From Eledone cirrhosa (lineage: Eukaryota), in contig OZ024745.1 of NCBI GenBank assembly GCA_964016885.1, positions 87,792,001 through 87,856,000 of the forward strand: 64,000 bases of DNA, in the 5' to 3' direction. The notes below the pieces were generated by a model, which saw only the letters and a program-made list of their open reading frames with translations, was not told where the DNA came from and searched no databases. Within the stretch, counting starts at the first letter, position 1, and each line of letters opens with the position of its first letter. Below are positions 14,901-32,900 of the stretch, piece by piece. Made by a program: the position numbers and the translations under genes.

Positions 14901-17900
14901 CAGCAACCACAACAGAAGCAATATCAATACCACTACCACGACCAACAACAACAGAAGCAACATCGCTACCACCACCAACAACAGCAATCACAACAGAAGC
15001 AATATCAATACCACCACCACGACCAACAACAACAGAAGCAACATCGCTACCACCACCAACATCAACAGCAACCACAACAGAAGCAATATCAATACCACTA
15101 CCACGACCAACAACAACAGAAGCAACATCGCTACCACCACCAACAACAGCAATCACAACATAAGCAATATCAATACCACCACCACGACCAACAACAACAG
15201 TAGCAACATCGCTACCAGCACCAACAACAACAGCAATCACAACATAAGCAACATCAATACCACCACCACGACCAACAACAACAGAAGGAACATCGCTACC
15301 ACCACCAACAACAACAGCAATCACAACATAAGCAACATCAATACCACCACCACGACCAACAACAACAGAAGGAACATCACTACCACCACCAACAACAACA
15401 GCAATCACAACATAAGCAATATCAATACCACCACCACGACCAACAACAACAGAAGCAACATCGCTACCACAGCCACCAACAACAGCAATCACAACATAAG
15501 CAATATCAATACCACCGCCACGACCAACAACAACAGAAGCAACATCGCTACCACCACCAACAACAGCAGAAGCAACATCGCTACCACCACCAACAACAAC
15601 AACAATCAAAACATAAGCAATATCAAGACCACCACCACGACCAACAACAACAGAAGCAACATCGCTACCACCACCAACAACAGCAATCACAACAGAAGCA
15701 ATATCAATACCACCACCACGACTAACAACAGCAGAAGCAACATCGCTACCACCACCAACAACAACAGCAATCACAACAGAAGCATTATCAATACCGCCAC
15801 CACGACCAACAACAACAGAAGCAACATCACTACCACCACCAACAACAACAGCAATCACAACATAAGCATTATCAATACCGCCACCACGACCAACAACAAC
15901 AGAAGCAACATCACTACCACCACCAACAACAACAGCAATCACAACATAAGCAATATCAATACCACCACCACGACCAACAACAACAGAAGCAACATGGCTA
16001 CCACCGCCACCAACAACAGCAATCACAACATAAGCAATATCAATACCACCGCCACGACCAACAACAACAGAAGCAACATCGCTACCACCACCAACAACAA
16101 CAATCACAACATAAGCAATATCCATACCACCACCACGAGCAACAACAACAGAAGCAACATCACTACCACCACCAACAACAGTAATCACAACATAAGCAAT
16201 ATCAATACCACCACCACGACCAACAGCAACAGAAGCAACATCACTACCACCACCAACAACAACAGCAATCACAACAGAAGCAATATCAATACCACTACCA
16301 CGACCAACAACAACAGAAGCAACATCGCTACCACCACCAACAACAGCAATCACAACAGAATCAATATCAATACCACCACCACGACCAACAACAACAGAAG
16401 CAACATCGCTACCACCACCAACATCAACAGCAACCACAACAGAAGCAATATCAATACCACTACCACGACCAACAACAACAGAAGCAACATCGCTACAACC
16501 AACAACAACAGCAATCACAACATAAGCAATATCAATACCACCACCACGACCAACAACAACAGTAGCAACATCGCTACCAGCACCAACAACAACAGCAATC
16601 ACAACATAAGCAACATCAATACCACCACCACGACCAACAACAACAAAAGGAACATCGCTACCACCACCAACAACAACAGCAATCAGAAGATAAGCAACAT
16701 CAATACCACCACCACGACCAACAACAACAGAAGGAACATCACTACCACCACCAACAACAACAGCAATCACAACATAAGCAATATCAATACCACCACCACG
16801 ACCAACAACAACAGAAGCAACGTCACTACCACCCCCACCAACAACAGCAATCACAACATAAGCAATATCAATACCACCACCACGACCAACAACAGAAGCA
16901 ACATCGCTACCACCACCAACAACAGCAGAAGCAACATCGCTACCACCACCAACAACAACAGCAATCACAACATAAGCAATATCAAGACCACCACCACGAC
17001 CAACAACAACATAAGCCACATCGCTACCACCACCAACAACAGAAATCACAACAGAAGCAATATCAATACCACCACCACGACCAACAACAGCAGAAGCAAC
17101 ATCGCTACCACCACCAACAACAACAGCAATCACAACATAAGCAATATCAAGACCACCACCACGACCAACAACAACAGAAGCAACATCGCTACCACCACCA
17201 ACAACAACAGCAATCACAACAGAAGCAATATCAATACCACAACCACGACCAACAACAGCAGAAGCAACATCACTACCACCACCAACAACAACAGCAATCA
17301 CAACAGAAGCAATATCAATACCACAACCACGACCAACAACAACAGAAGCAACATCACTACCACCACCAACAACAACAGCAATCACAACAGAAGCAATATC
17401 AATACCACAACCACGACCAACAACAACAGAAGCAACATCGCTACCACCACCAACAACAGCAATCACAACAGAAGCAATATCAATACCACAACCACGACCA
17501 ACAACAACAGAAGCAACATCACTACCACCACCAACAACAGCAATCACAACATAAGCAATATCAATACCACCACCACGACCAACAACAACAGAAGCAACAT
17601 CGCTACAACCAACAACAGCAATCACAACATAAGCAATATCAATACCACAGCCACGACCAACAACAGCAGAAGCGACATCGCTACCACCACCAACAACAGC
17701 AATCACAACAGAAGCCATATCAATACCACCACCCCGACAAACAACAGCAGAAGCAACATCGCTACCACCACCAACAACAACAGCAAACACAACATAAGCA
17801 ATATCAATACCACAACCACGACCAACAACAACAGAAGCAACATCGTTATCACCACCAACAACAGCAATCACAACATAAGCAATATCAATACCACCACCAC

Positions 17901-20900
17901 GACCAACAACAACAGAAGCAACATCGCTACTACCACCACCAACAACAGCAATCAAATCAGAAGCAATATCAATACCACCACCACGACCAACAACAACAGA
18001 AGCAACCTCGTTACCACCACGAACAACAGCAATCACAACAGAAGCAATATCAATACCACCACCACGACCAACAACAACAGAAGCAACATCACTACCACCC
18101 CCACCAACAACAGCAATCACCACAGAAGCAATATCAATACCACCACCACGACCAACAACAGCAGAAGCGACATCGCTACCACGACCAACAACAGCAATCA
18201 CAACAGAAGCAATATCAATACCACCACCACGACCAACAACAGCAGAAGCAACATCGCTACCACCACCAACAACAACAGCAATCACAACATAAGCAATATC
18301 AATACTACAACCACGACCAACAACAACAGAAGCAACCTCGTTATCACCACCAACAACAGCAATCACAACAGAAGCAATATCAATACCACCACCACGACCA
18401 ACAACAACAACAGAAGCAACGTCACTACCACAACCACCAACAACAGCAATCACAACATAAGCAATATCAATACCACCACCACGACCAACAACAACAGAAG
18501 CAACATCGCTACTACCACCACCAACAACAGCAATCACATCAGAAGCAATATCAATACCACTACCACGACCAACAACAACAGAAGCAACATCGTTACCATC
18601 ACGAACAACAGCAATCACAACAGAAGAAATATCAATACCACCACCACGACCAACAACAACAGAAGCAACATCACTACCACCCCCACCAACAACAGCAATC
18701 ACAACATAAGCAATATCAATACCACCACCACGACCAACAACAACAGAAGCAACATCGCTACTACCACCACCAACAACAGCAATCACAACATAAGCAATAT
18801 CAATACCACCACCACGACCAACAACAACAGAAGCAACATTGCTTCTACCACCATCAACAACAGCAATCACAACAGAAGCAATATCAATACCACCACCACG
18901 ACCAACAACAACAGAAGCAACATCACTACCACCCCCACCAACAACAGCAACCACAACAGAAGCAATATCAATACCACCACCACGACCAACAACAACAGAA
19001 TCAATATCGCTACTACCACCACCAACAACAGCAATCACAACAGAAGCAATATCAATACCACCACCACGACCAACAACAAGAGAAGCAACATCGCTACTAC
19101 TACCACCAACAACAGCAATCACAACAGAAGCAATATCAATACCACAAACACGACCAACAACAACAGAGGCAACATCACTACCACCCCCACCAACAACAGC
19201 AATCACAACATAAGCAATATCAATACCACCAACACGACCAACAACAACAGAAGCAACATCACTACCACCACCAACAACAACAGCAATCACAACATAAGCA
19301 ATATCAATACCACCTCCACGACCAACAACAACAGAACAAACATCGCTACCACCGCCACCAACAACAGCAATCACAACATAAGCAATATCAATACCACCAC
19401 CACGACCAACAACAGCAGAAGCAACATCGCTAACACCACCAACAACAACAGCAATCACAACATAAGCAATATCAAGACCACCACCACCACCAACAACAAC
19501 AGAAGCAACATCGCTACCACCACCAACAACAACAGCAATCACAACATAAGCAATATCAAGACCACCACCACGACCAACAACAACAGAAGCAACATCGCTA
19601 CCACCACCAACAACAACAGCAATCACAACAGAAGCAATATCAATACCACCACCACGACCAACAACAGCAGAAGCAACATCGCTACCACCACCAACAACAA
19701 CAGCAATCACAACATAAGCAATATCAATACCACCACCACGACCAACAACAACATAAGCCACATCGCTACCACCACCAACAACAGCAATCACAACAGAAGC
19801 AATATCAATACCACCACCACGACCAACAACAGCAGAAGCAACATCGCTACCACCACCAACAACAACAGCAATCACAACATAAGCAATATCAAGACCACCA
19901 CCACGACCAACAACAACAGAAGCAACATCGCTACCACCACCAACAACAACAGCAATCACAACAGAAGCAATATCAATACCACAACCACGACCAACAACAG
20001 CAGAAGCAACATCACTACCACCACCAACAACAACAGCAATCACAACAGAAGCAATATCAATACCACAACCACGACCAACAACAACAGAAGCAACATCACT
20101 ACCACCACCAACAACAACAGCAATCACAACAGAAGCAATATCAATACCACCACCACGACCAACAACAACAGAAGCAACATCGCTACCACCACCAACAACA
20201 GCAATCACAACAGAAGCAATATCAATACCACAACCACGACCAACAACAACAGAAGCAACATCGCTACCACCACCAACAACAGCAATCACAACAGAAGCAA
20301 TATCAATACCACAACCACGACCAACAACAACAGAAGCAACATCACTACCACCACCAACAACAGCAATCACAACATAAGCAATATCAATACCACCACCACG
20401 ACCAACAACAACAGAAGCGACATCGCTACCACCACCAACAACAGCAATCACAACAGAAGCAATATCAATACCACCACCCCGACAAACAACAGCAGAAGCA
20501 ACATCGCTACCACCACCAACAACAACAGCAAACACAACATAAGCAATATCAATACCACAACCACGAACAACAACAACAGAAGCAACATCGTTATCACCAC
20601 CAACAACAGCAATCACAACATAAGCAATATCAATACCACCACCACGACCAACAACAACAGAAGCAACATCGCTACTACCACCACCAACAACAGCAATCAA
20701 ATCAGAAGCAATATCAATACCACCACCACGACCAACAACAACAGAAGCAACCTCGTTACCACCACGAACAACAGCAATCACAACAGAAGCTATATCAATA
20801 CCACCACCACGACCAACAACAACAGAAGCAACATCACTACCACCCCCACCAACAACAGCAATCACCACAGAAGCAATATCAATACCACCACCACGACCAA

Positions 20901-23900
20901 CAACAGCAGAAGCGACATCGCTACCACGACAAACAACAGCAATCACAACAGAAGCAATATCAATACCACCACCACGACCAACAACAGCAGAAGCAACATC
21001 GCTACCACCACCAACAACAACAGCAATCACAACATAAGCAATATCAATACTACAACCACGACCAACAACAACAGAAGCAACCTCGTTATCACCACCAACA
21101 ACAGCAATCACAACAGAAGCAATATCAATACCACCACCACGACCAACAACAACAACAGAAGCAACGTCACTACCACAACCACCAACAACAGCAATCACAA
21201 CATAAGCAATATCAATACCACCACCACGACCAACAACAACAGAAGCAACATCGCTACTACCACCACCAACAACAGCAATCACATCAGAAGCAATATCAAT
21301 ACCACTACCACGACCAACAACAACAGAAGCAACATCGTTACCACCACGAACAACAGCAATCACAACAGAAGAAATATCAATACCACCACCACGACCAACA
21401 ACAACAGAAGCAACATCACTACCACCCCCACCAACAACAGCAATCACAACATAAGCAATATCAATACCACCACCACGACCAACAACAACAGAAGCAACAT
21501 CGCTACTACCACCACCAACAACAGCAATCACAACATAAGCAATATCAATACCACCACCACGACCAACAACAACAGAAGCAACATTGCTTCTACCACCATC
21601 AACAACAGCAATCACAACAGAAGCAATATCAATACCACCACCACGACCAACAACAACAGAAGCAACATCACTACCACCCCCACCAACAACAGCAACCACA
21701 ACAGAAGCAATATCAATACCACCACCACGACCAACAACAACAGAAGCAATATCGCTACTACCACCACCAACAACAGCAATCACAACAGAAGCAATATCAA
21801 TACCACCACCACGACCAACAACAAGAGAAGCAACATCGCTACTACTACCACCAACAACAGCAATCACAACAGAAGCAATATCAATACCACAAACACGACC
21901 AACAACAACAGAGGCAACATCACTACCACCCCCACCAACAACAGCAATCACAACATAAGCAATATCAATACCACCAACACGACCAACAACAACAGAATCA
22001 ACATCGCTACTACCACCAGCAACAACAGCAATCACAACATAAGCAATATCAATACCACCACCACGACCAACAACAACAGAAGCAACATCACTACCACCAC
22101 CAACAACAACAGCAATCACAACATAAGCAATATCAATACCACCTCCACGACCAACAACAACAGAACAAACATCGCTACCACCGCCACCAACAACAGCAAT
22201 CACAACATAAGCAATATCAATACCACCACCACGACCAACAACAGCAGAAGCAACATCGCTAACACCACCAACAACAACAGCAATCACAACATAAGCAATA
22301 TCAAGACCACCACCACCACCAACAACAACAGAAGCAACATCGCTACCACTACCAACAACAGCAATCACAACAGAAGCAATATCAATACCACCACCACGAC
22401 CAACAACAGCAGAAGCAACATCGCTACCACCACCAACAACAACAGCAATCACAACAGAAGCAATATCAATACCGCCACCACGACCAACAACAGCAGAAGC
22501 AACATCACTACCACCACCAACAACAACAGCAATCACAACAGAAGCAATATCAATACCACAACCACGACCAACAACAGCAGAAGCAACATCACTACCACCA
22601 CCAACAACAACAGCAATCACAACAGAAGCAATATCAATACCAACACCACGACCAACAACAGCAGAAGCAACATCGCTACCACCACCAACAACAGCAATCA
22701 CAACATAAGCAATATCAATACCACCACCACGACAAACAACAACAAAAGCAACATCGCTACCACCACCAACAACAGCAATCACAACAGAAGCAATATCAAT
22801 GCCACAACCACGACCAACAACAACAGAAGCTACATCACTACCACCACCAACAACAACAGCAATCACAACAGAAGCAATATCAATACCACCACCACGACCA
22901 ACAACAACAGAAGCAACATCGCTACCACCACCAACAACAGCAATCACAACAGAAGCAATATCAATACCACCACCACGACCAACAACAACAGAAGCAACAT
23001 CGCTACCACCACCAACAACAGCAATCACAACAGATGCAATATCAATACCACAACCACGACCAACAACAACAGAAGCAACATCACTACCACCACCAACAAC
23101 AGCAATCACAACATAAGCAATATCAATACCACCACCACGACCAACAACAACAGAAGCAAGATCGCTACAACCAACAACAACAACAGCAATCACAACATAA
23201 GCAATATCAATACCGCCACCACGACCAACAACAACAGTAGCAACATCGCTACCACCACCAACAACCTCAATCACAACAGAAGCAATATCAATACCAGCAC
23301 CACGACCAACAACAACAGAAGCAACATCACTACCCCGACCAACAACAGCAATCACAACAGAAGCAATATCAATACCACCACCACGACCAACAACAGCAGA
23401 AGCAACATCGCTACCACCACCAACAACAGCAATCACAACAGAAGCAATATCAATACCACCACCACGACCAACAACAGCAGAAGCAACATCGCTACCACCA
23501 CCAACAACAACAGCAATCACAACATAAGCAATATCAATACCACAACCACGACCAACAACAACAGAAGCAACCTCGTTACCACCACCAACAACAGCAATCA
23601 CAACAGAAGCAATATCAATACCACCACCACGACCAACAACAACAGAAGCAACGTCACTACCACCCCCACCAACAACAGCAATCACAACATACGCAATATC
23701 AATACCACCACCACAACCAACAACAACAGAAGCAACATCGCTACTACCACCACCAACAACAGCAATCACATCAGAAGCAATATCAATACCACCACCACGA
23801 CCAACAACAACAGAAGCAACCTCGTTACCACCACGAACAACAGCAATCACAACAGAAGCAATATCAATACCACCACCACGACCAACAACAACAGGAGCAA

Positions 23901-26900
23901 CATCACTACCACCCCCAGCAACAACAGCAATCACAACATAAGCAATATCAATACCACCACCACGACCAACAACAACAGAAGCAACATCGCTACTACCACC
24001 ACCAACAACAGCAATCACAACATAAGCAATATCAATACCACCACCACGACCAACAACAACAGAAGCAACATTGCTCCTACCACCATCAACAAAAGCAATC
24101 ACAACAGAACCAATATCAATACCACCACCACGACCAACAACAACAGAAGCAACATCGCTACTACCACCACCAACAACAGCAATCACAACAGAAGCAATAT
24201 CAATACCACAACCACGACCAACAACAACAGAAGCAATATCGCTACTACCACCACCAACAACAGCAATCACAACAGAAGCAATATCAATACCACCACCACG
24301 ACCAACAACAAGAGAAGCAACATCGCTACTACCACCACCAACAACAGCAATCACTCCAGAAGCAATATCAATACCACAAACACGACCAACAACAACAGAG
24401 GCAACATCGCTACTACCACCACCAACAACAGCAATCACAACAGAAGCAATATCAATACCACCACCACGACCAACAACAAGAGAAGCAACATCGCTACTAC
24501 TACCACCAACAACAGCAATCACAACAGAAGCAATATCAATACCACAAACACGACCAACAACAACAGAGGCAACATCACTACCACCCCCACCAACAACAGC
24601 AATCACAACATAAGCAATATCAATACCACCAACACGACCAACAACAACAGAATCAACATCGCTACTACCACCAGCAACAACAGCAATCACAACATAAGCA
24701 ATATCAATACCACCACCACGACCAACAACAACAGAAGCAACATCACTACCACCACCAACAACAACAGCAATCACAACATAAGCAATATCAATACCACCTC
24801 CACGACCAACAACAACAGAACAAACATCGCTACCACCGCCACCAACAACAGCAATCACAACATAAGCAATATCAATACCACCACCACGACCAACAACAGC
24901 AGAAGCAACATCGCTAACACCACCAACAACAACAGCAATCACAACATAAGCAATATCAAGACCACCACCACCACCAACAACAACAGAAGCAACATCGCTA
25001 CCACTACCAACAACAGCAATCACAACAGAAGCAATATCAATACCACCACCACGACCAACAACAGCAGAAGCAACATCGCTACCACCACCAACAACAACAG
25101 CAATCACAACAGAAGCAATATCAATACCGCCACCACGACCAACAACAGCAGAAGCAACATCACTACCACCACCAACAACAACAGCAATCACAACAGAAGC
25201 AATATCAATACCACAACCACGACCAACAACAGCAGAAGCAACATCACTACCACCACCAACAACAACAGCAATCACAACAGAAGCAATATCAATACCAACA
25301 CCACGACCAACAACAGCAGAAGCAACATCGCTACCACCACCAACAACAGCAATCACAACATAAGCAATATCAATACCACCACCACGACAAACAACAACAA
25401 AAGCAACATCGCTACCACCACCAACAACAGCAATCACAACAGAAGCAATATCAATGCCACAACCACGACCAACAACAACAGAAGCTACATCACTACCACC
25501 ACCAACAACAACAGCAATCACAACAGAAGCAATATCAATACCACCACCACGACCAACAACAACAGAAGCAACATCGCTACCACCACCAACAACAGCAATC
25601 ACAACAGAAGCAATATCAATACCACCACCACGACCAACAACAACAGAAGCAACATCGCTACCACCACCAACAACAGCAATCACAACAGATGCAATATCAA
25701 TACCACAACCACGACCAACAACAACAGAAGCAACATCACTACCACCACCAACAACAGCAATCACAACATAAGCAATATCAATACCACCACCACGACCAAC
25801 AACAACAGAAGCAAGATCGCTACAACCAACAACAACAACAGCAATCACAATATAAGCAATATCAATACCGCCACCACGACCAACAACAACAGTAGCAACA
25901 TCGCTACCACCACCAACAACCTCAATCACAACAGAAGCAATATCAATACCAGCACCACGACCAACAACAACAGAAGCAACATCACTACCCCGACCAACAA
26001 CAGCAATCACAACAGAAGCAATATCAATACCACCACCACGACCAACAACAGCAGAAGCAACATCGCTACCACCACCAACAACAGCAATCACAACAGAAGC
26101 AATATCAATACCACCACCACGACCAACAACAGCAGAAGCAACATCGCTACCACCACCAACAACAACAGCAATCACAACATAAGCAATATCAATACCACAA
26201 CCACGACCAACAACAACAGAAGCAACCTCGTTACCACCACCAACAACAGCAATCACAACAGAAGCAATATCAATACCACCACCACGACCAACAACAACAG
26301 AAGCAACGTCACTACCACCCCCACCAACAACAGCAATCACAACATACGCAATATCAATACCACCACCACAACCAACAACAACAGAAGCAACATCGCTACT
26401 ACCACCACCAACAACAGCAATCACATCAGAAGCAATATCAATACCACCACCACGACCAACAACAACAGAAGCAACCTCGTTACCACCACGAACAACAGCA
26501 ATCACAACAGAAGCAATATCAATACCACCACCACGACCAACAACAACAGGAGCAACATCACTACCACCCCCAGCAACAACAGCAATCACAACATAAGCAA
26601 TATCAATACCACCACCACGACCAACAACAACAGAAGCAACATCGCTACTACCACCACCAACAACAGCAATCACAACATAAGCAATATCAATACCACCACC
26701 ACGACCAACAACAACAGAAGCAACATTGCTTCTACCACCATCAACAAAAGCAATCACAACAGAACCAATATCAATACCACCACCACGACCAACAACAACA
26801 GAAGCAACATCGCTACTACCACCACCAACAACAGCAATCACAACAGAAGCAATATCAATACCACAACCACGACCAACAACAACAGAAGCAATATCGCTAC

Positions 26901-29900
26901 TACCACCACCAACAACAGCAATCACAACAGAAGCAATATCAATACCACCACCACGACCAACAACAAGAGAAGCAACATCGCTACTACCACCACCAACAAC
27001 AGCAATCACTCCAGAAGCAATATCAATACCACAAACACGACCAACAACAACAGAGGCAACATCACTACCACCCCCACCAACAACAGCAATCACAACATAA
27101 GCAATATCAATACCACCACCACGACCAACAACAACATAAGCAACATCGCTACTACCACCAGCAACAACAGCAATCACAACAGAAGCAATATCAATACCAC
27201 CACCACGACCAACAACAACATAAGCAACATCGCTACTACCACCACCAACAACAGCAATCACAACATAAGCAATATCAATACCACCACCACGACCAACAAC
27301 AACAGAAGCAACATCACTACCACCACCACCAACAACAGCAATCACAACATAAGCAACATCAATACCACCAACACGACCAACAACAACAGAAGCAACATCG
27401 CTACTACCACCACCAACATCAGCAATCTCAACAGAAGCAATATCAATACCACCACCACGACCAACAACAGCAGAAGCAACATAGCTACCACCACCAACAA
27501 CAACAGCAATCACAACATAAGCAATATCAAGACCACCACCACCACCAACAACAACAGAAGCAACATCGCTACCACTACCAACAACAGCAATCACAACAGA
27601 AGCAATATCAATACCACCACCACGACCAACAACAGCAGATGCAACATCGCTACCACCACCAACAACAACAGCAATCACAACAGAAGCAATATCAATACCG
27701 CCACCACGACCAACAACAGCAGAAGCAACATCACTACCACCACCAACAACAACAGCAATCACAACAGAAGCAATATCAATACCACAACCACGACCAACAA
27801 CAGCAGAAGCAACATCACTACCACCACCAACAACAACAGCAATCACAACAGAAGCAATATCAATACCAACACCACGACCAACAACAGCAGAAGCAACATC
27901 GCTACCACCACCAACAACAGCAATCACAACATAAGCAATATCAATACCACCACCACGACCAACAACAACAAAAGCAACATCGCTACCACCACCAACAACA
28001 GCAATCACAACAGATGCAATATCAATACCACAACCACGACCAACAACAACAGAAGCTACATCACTACCACCACCAACAACAACAGCAATCACAACAGAAG
28101 CAATATCAATACCACCACCACGACCAACAACAACAGAAGCAGCATCGCTACCACCACCAACAACAGCAATCACAACAGAAGCAATATCAATACCAGCACC
28201 ACGACCAACAACAACAGAAGCAACATCACTACCCCCACCAACAACAGCAATCACAACAGAAGCAATATCAATACCACCACCACGACCAAGAACAGCAGAA
28301 GCAACATCGCTACCACCACCAACAACAGCAATCACAACAGAAGCAATATCAATACCACCACCACGACCAACAACAGCAGAAGCAACATCGCTACCACCAC
28401 CAACAACAACAGCAATCACAACATAAGCAATATCAATACCACAACCACGACCAACAACAAAAGAAGCAACCTCGTTACCACCACCAACAACAGCAATCAC
28501 AACAGAAGCAATATCAATACCACCACCACGACCAACAACAACAGAAGCAACGTCACTACCACCCCCACCAACAACAGCAATCACAACATAAGCAATATCA
28601 ATACCACCATCACAACCAACAACAACAGAAGCAACATCGCTACTACCACCACCAACAACAGCAATCACATCAGAAGCAATATCAATACCACCACCACGAC
28701 CAACAACAACAGAAGCAACCTCGTTACCACCACGAACAACAGCAATCACAACAGAAGCAATATCAATACCACCACCACGACCAACAACAACAGAAGCAAC
28801 ATCACTACCACCCCCAACAACAACAGCAATCACAACATAAGCAATATCAATACCACCACCACGACCAACAACAACAGAAGCAACATCGCTACTACCACCA
28901 CCAACAACAGCAATCACAACATAAGCAATATCAATACCACCACCACGACCAACAACAACAGAAGCAACATCACTACCACCACCACCAACAACAGCAATCA
29001 CAACATAAGCAACATCAATACCACCAACACGACCAACAACAACAGAAGCAACATCGCTACTACCACCACCAACATCAGCAATCACAACAGAAACAATATC
29101 AATACCAACACCACGATCAACAACAGCAGAAGCAACATCGCTACCACCACCAACAACAATAGCAATCACAACATAAGCAATATCAAGACCACCACCACCA
29201 CCAACGACAACAGAAGCAACATCGCTACCACTACCAACAACAGCAATCACAACAGAAGCAATATCAATACCACCACCACGACCAACAACAGCAGAAGCAA
29301 CATCGCTACCACCACCAACAACAACAGCAATCACAACAGAAGCAATATCAATACCACAACCACGACCAACAACAGCAGAAGCAACATCACTACCACCACC
29401 AACAATAACAGCAATCACAACAGAAGCAATATCAATACCAACACCACGACCAACAACAGCAGAAGCAACATCGCTACCACCACCAACAACTGCAATCACA
29501 ACATAAGCAATATCAATACCACCACCACGACCAACAACAACAAAAGCAACATCGCTACCACCACCAACAACAGCAATCACAACAGAAGCAATATCAATAC
29601 CACAACCACGACCAACAACAACAGAAGCTACATCACTACCACCACCAACAACAACAGCAATCACAACAGAAGCAATATCAATACCACCACCACGACCAAC
29701 AACAACAGAAGCAACATCGCAACCACCACCAACAACAGCAATCACAACAGAAGCAATATCAATACCACAACCACGACCAACAACAACAGAAGCAACATCA
29801 CTACCACCACCAACAACAGCAATCACAACATAAGCAATATCAATACCACCACCACGACCAACAACAACAGAAGCAACATCGCTACAACCAACAACAACAA

Positions 29901-32900
29901 CAGAAATCACAACATAAGCAATATCAATACCACCACCACGACCAACAACAACAGAAGCAACATCGCTACCACCACCAACAACATCAATCACAACAGAAGC
30001 AATATCAATACCAGCACCACGACCAACAACAACAGAAGCAACATCACTACCCCCACCAACATCAGCAATCACAACAGAAGCAATATCAATACCACCACCA
30101 CGACCAACAACAGCAGAAGCAACATCGCTACCACCACCAACAACAGCAATCACAACAGAAGCAATATCAATACCACCACCACGACCAACAACAGCAGAAG
30201 CAACATCGCTACCACCACCAATAACAACAGCAATCACAACATAAGCAATATCAATACCACAACCACGACCAACAACAACAGAAGCAACCTCGTTACCACC
30301 ACCAACAACAGCAATCACAACAGAAGCAATATCAATACCACCACCACGACCAACAACAACAGAAGCAACGTCACTACCACCCCCACCAACAACAGCAATC
30401 ACAACATAAGCAATATCAATACCACCACCACGACCAACAACAACAGAAGCAACATCGCTACTACCACCACCAACAACAGCAATCACAACATAAGCAATAT
30501 CAATACCACCACCACGACCAACAACAACAGAAGCAACATTGCTTCTACCACCATCAACAAAAGCAATCACAACAGAACCAATATCAATACCACCACCACG
30601 ACCAACAACAACAGAAGCAACATCGCTACTACCACCACCAACAACAGCAATCACAACAGAAGCAATATCAATACCACCACCACGACCAACAACAACAGAA
30701 GCAATATCGCTACTACCACCACCAACAACAGCAATCACAACAGAAGCAATATCAATACCACAACCACGACCAACAACAAGAGAAGCAACATCGCTACTAC
30801 CACCACCAACAACAGCAATCACAACAGAAGCAATACCAATACCACAAACACGACCAACAACAACAGAGGCAACATCACTACCACCCCCACCAACAACAGC
30901 AATCACAACATAAGCAATATCAATACCACCACCACGACCAACAACAACATAAGCAACATCGATACTACCACCAGCAACAACAGCAATCACAACATAAGCA
31001 ATATCAATACCACCACCACGACCAACAACAACAGAAGCAACATCACTACCACCACCAACAACAACAGCAATCACAACATAAGCAATATCAATACCACCTC
31101 CACGACCAACAACAACAGAACAAACATCGCTACCACCGCCACCAACAACAGCAATCACAACATAAGCAATATCAATACCACCACCACGACCAACAACAGC
31201 AGAAGCAACATCGCTACCACCACCAACAACAACAGCAATCACAACATAAGCAATATCAAGACCACCACCACCACCAACAACAACAGAAGCAACATCGCTA
31301 CCACTACCAACAACAGCAATCACAACAGAAGCAATATCAATACCACCACCACGACCAACAACAGCAGAAGCAACATCGCTACCACCACCAACAACAACAG
31401 CAATCACAACAGAAGCAATATCAATACCGCCCCCACGACCAACAACAGCAGAAGCAACATCACTACCACCACCAACAACAACAGCAATCACAACAGAAGC
31501 AATATCAATACCACAACCACGACCAACAACAGCAGAAGCAACATCACTACTACCACCAACAACAACAGCAATCACAACAGAAGCAATATCAATACCAACA
31601 CCACGACCAACAACAGCAGAAGCAACATCGCTACCACCACCAACAACAGCAATCACAACATAAGCAATATCAATACCACCACCACGACAAACAACAACAA
31701 AAGCAACATCGCTACCACCACCAACAACAGCAATCACAACAGAAGCAATATCAATACCACAACCACGACCAACAACAACAGAAGCTACATCACTACCACC
31801 ACCAACAACAACAGCAATCACAACAGAAGCAATATCAATACCACCACCACGACCAACAACAGCAATCACAACAGAAGCAATATCAATACCACCACCACGA
31901 CCAACAACAACAGAAGCAACATCGCTACCACCACCAACAACAGCAATCACAACAGAAGCAATATCAATACCACAACCACGACCAACAACAACAGAAGCAA
32001 CATCACTACCACCACCAACAACAGCAATCACAACATAAGCAATATCAATACCACCACCACGACCAACAACAACAGAAGCAAGATCGCTACAACCAACAAC
32101 AACAACAGCAATCACAACATAAGCAATATCAATACCGCCACCACGACCAACAACAACAGTAGCAACATCGCTACCACCACCAACAACCTCAATCACAACA
32201 GAAGCAATATCAATACCAGCACCACGAGCAACAACAACAGAAGCAACATCACTACCCCGACCAACAACAGCAATCACAACAGAAGCAATATCAATACCAC
32301 CACCACGACCAACAACAGCAGAAGCAACCTCGTTACCACCACCAACAACAGCAATCACAACAGAAGCAATATCAATACCACCACCACGACCAACAACAAC
32401 AGAAGCAACGTCACTACCACCCCCACCAACAACAGCAATCACAACATACGCAATATCAATACCACCAACACAACCAACAACAACAGAAGCAACATCGCTA
32501 CTACCACCACCAACAACAGCAATCACATCAGAAGCAATATCAATACCACCACCACGACCAACAACAACAGAAGCAACCTCGTTACCACCACGAACAACAG
32601 CAATCACAACAGAAGCAATATCAATACCACCACCACGACCAACAACAACAGGAGCAACATCACTACCACCCCCAGCAACAACAGCAATCACAACATAAGC
32701 AATATCAATACCACCACCACGACCAACAACAACAGAAGCAACATCGCTACTACCACCACCAACAACAGCAATCACAACATAAGCAATATCAATACCACCA
32801 CCACGACCAACAACAACAGAAGCAACATTGCTTCTACCACCATCAACAAAAGCAATCACAACAGAACCAATATCAATACCACCACCACGACCAACAACAA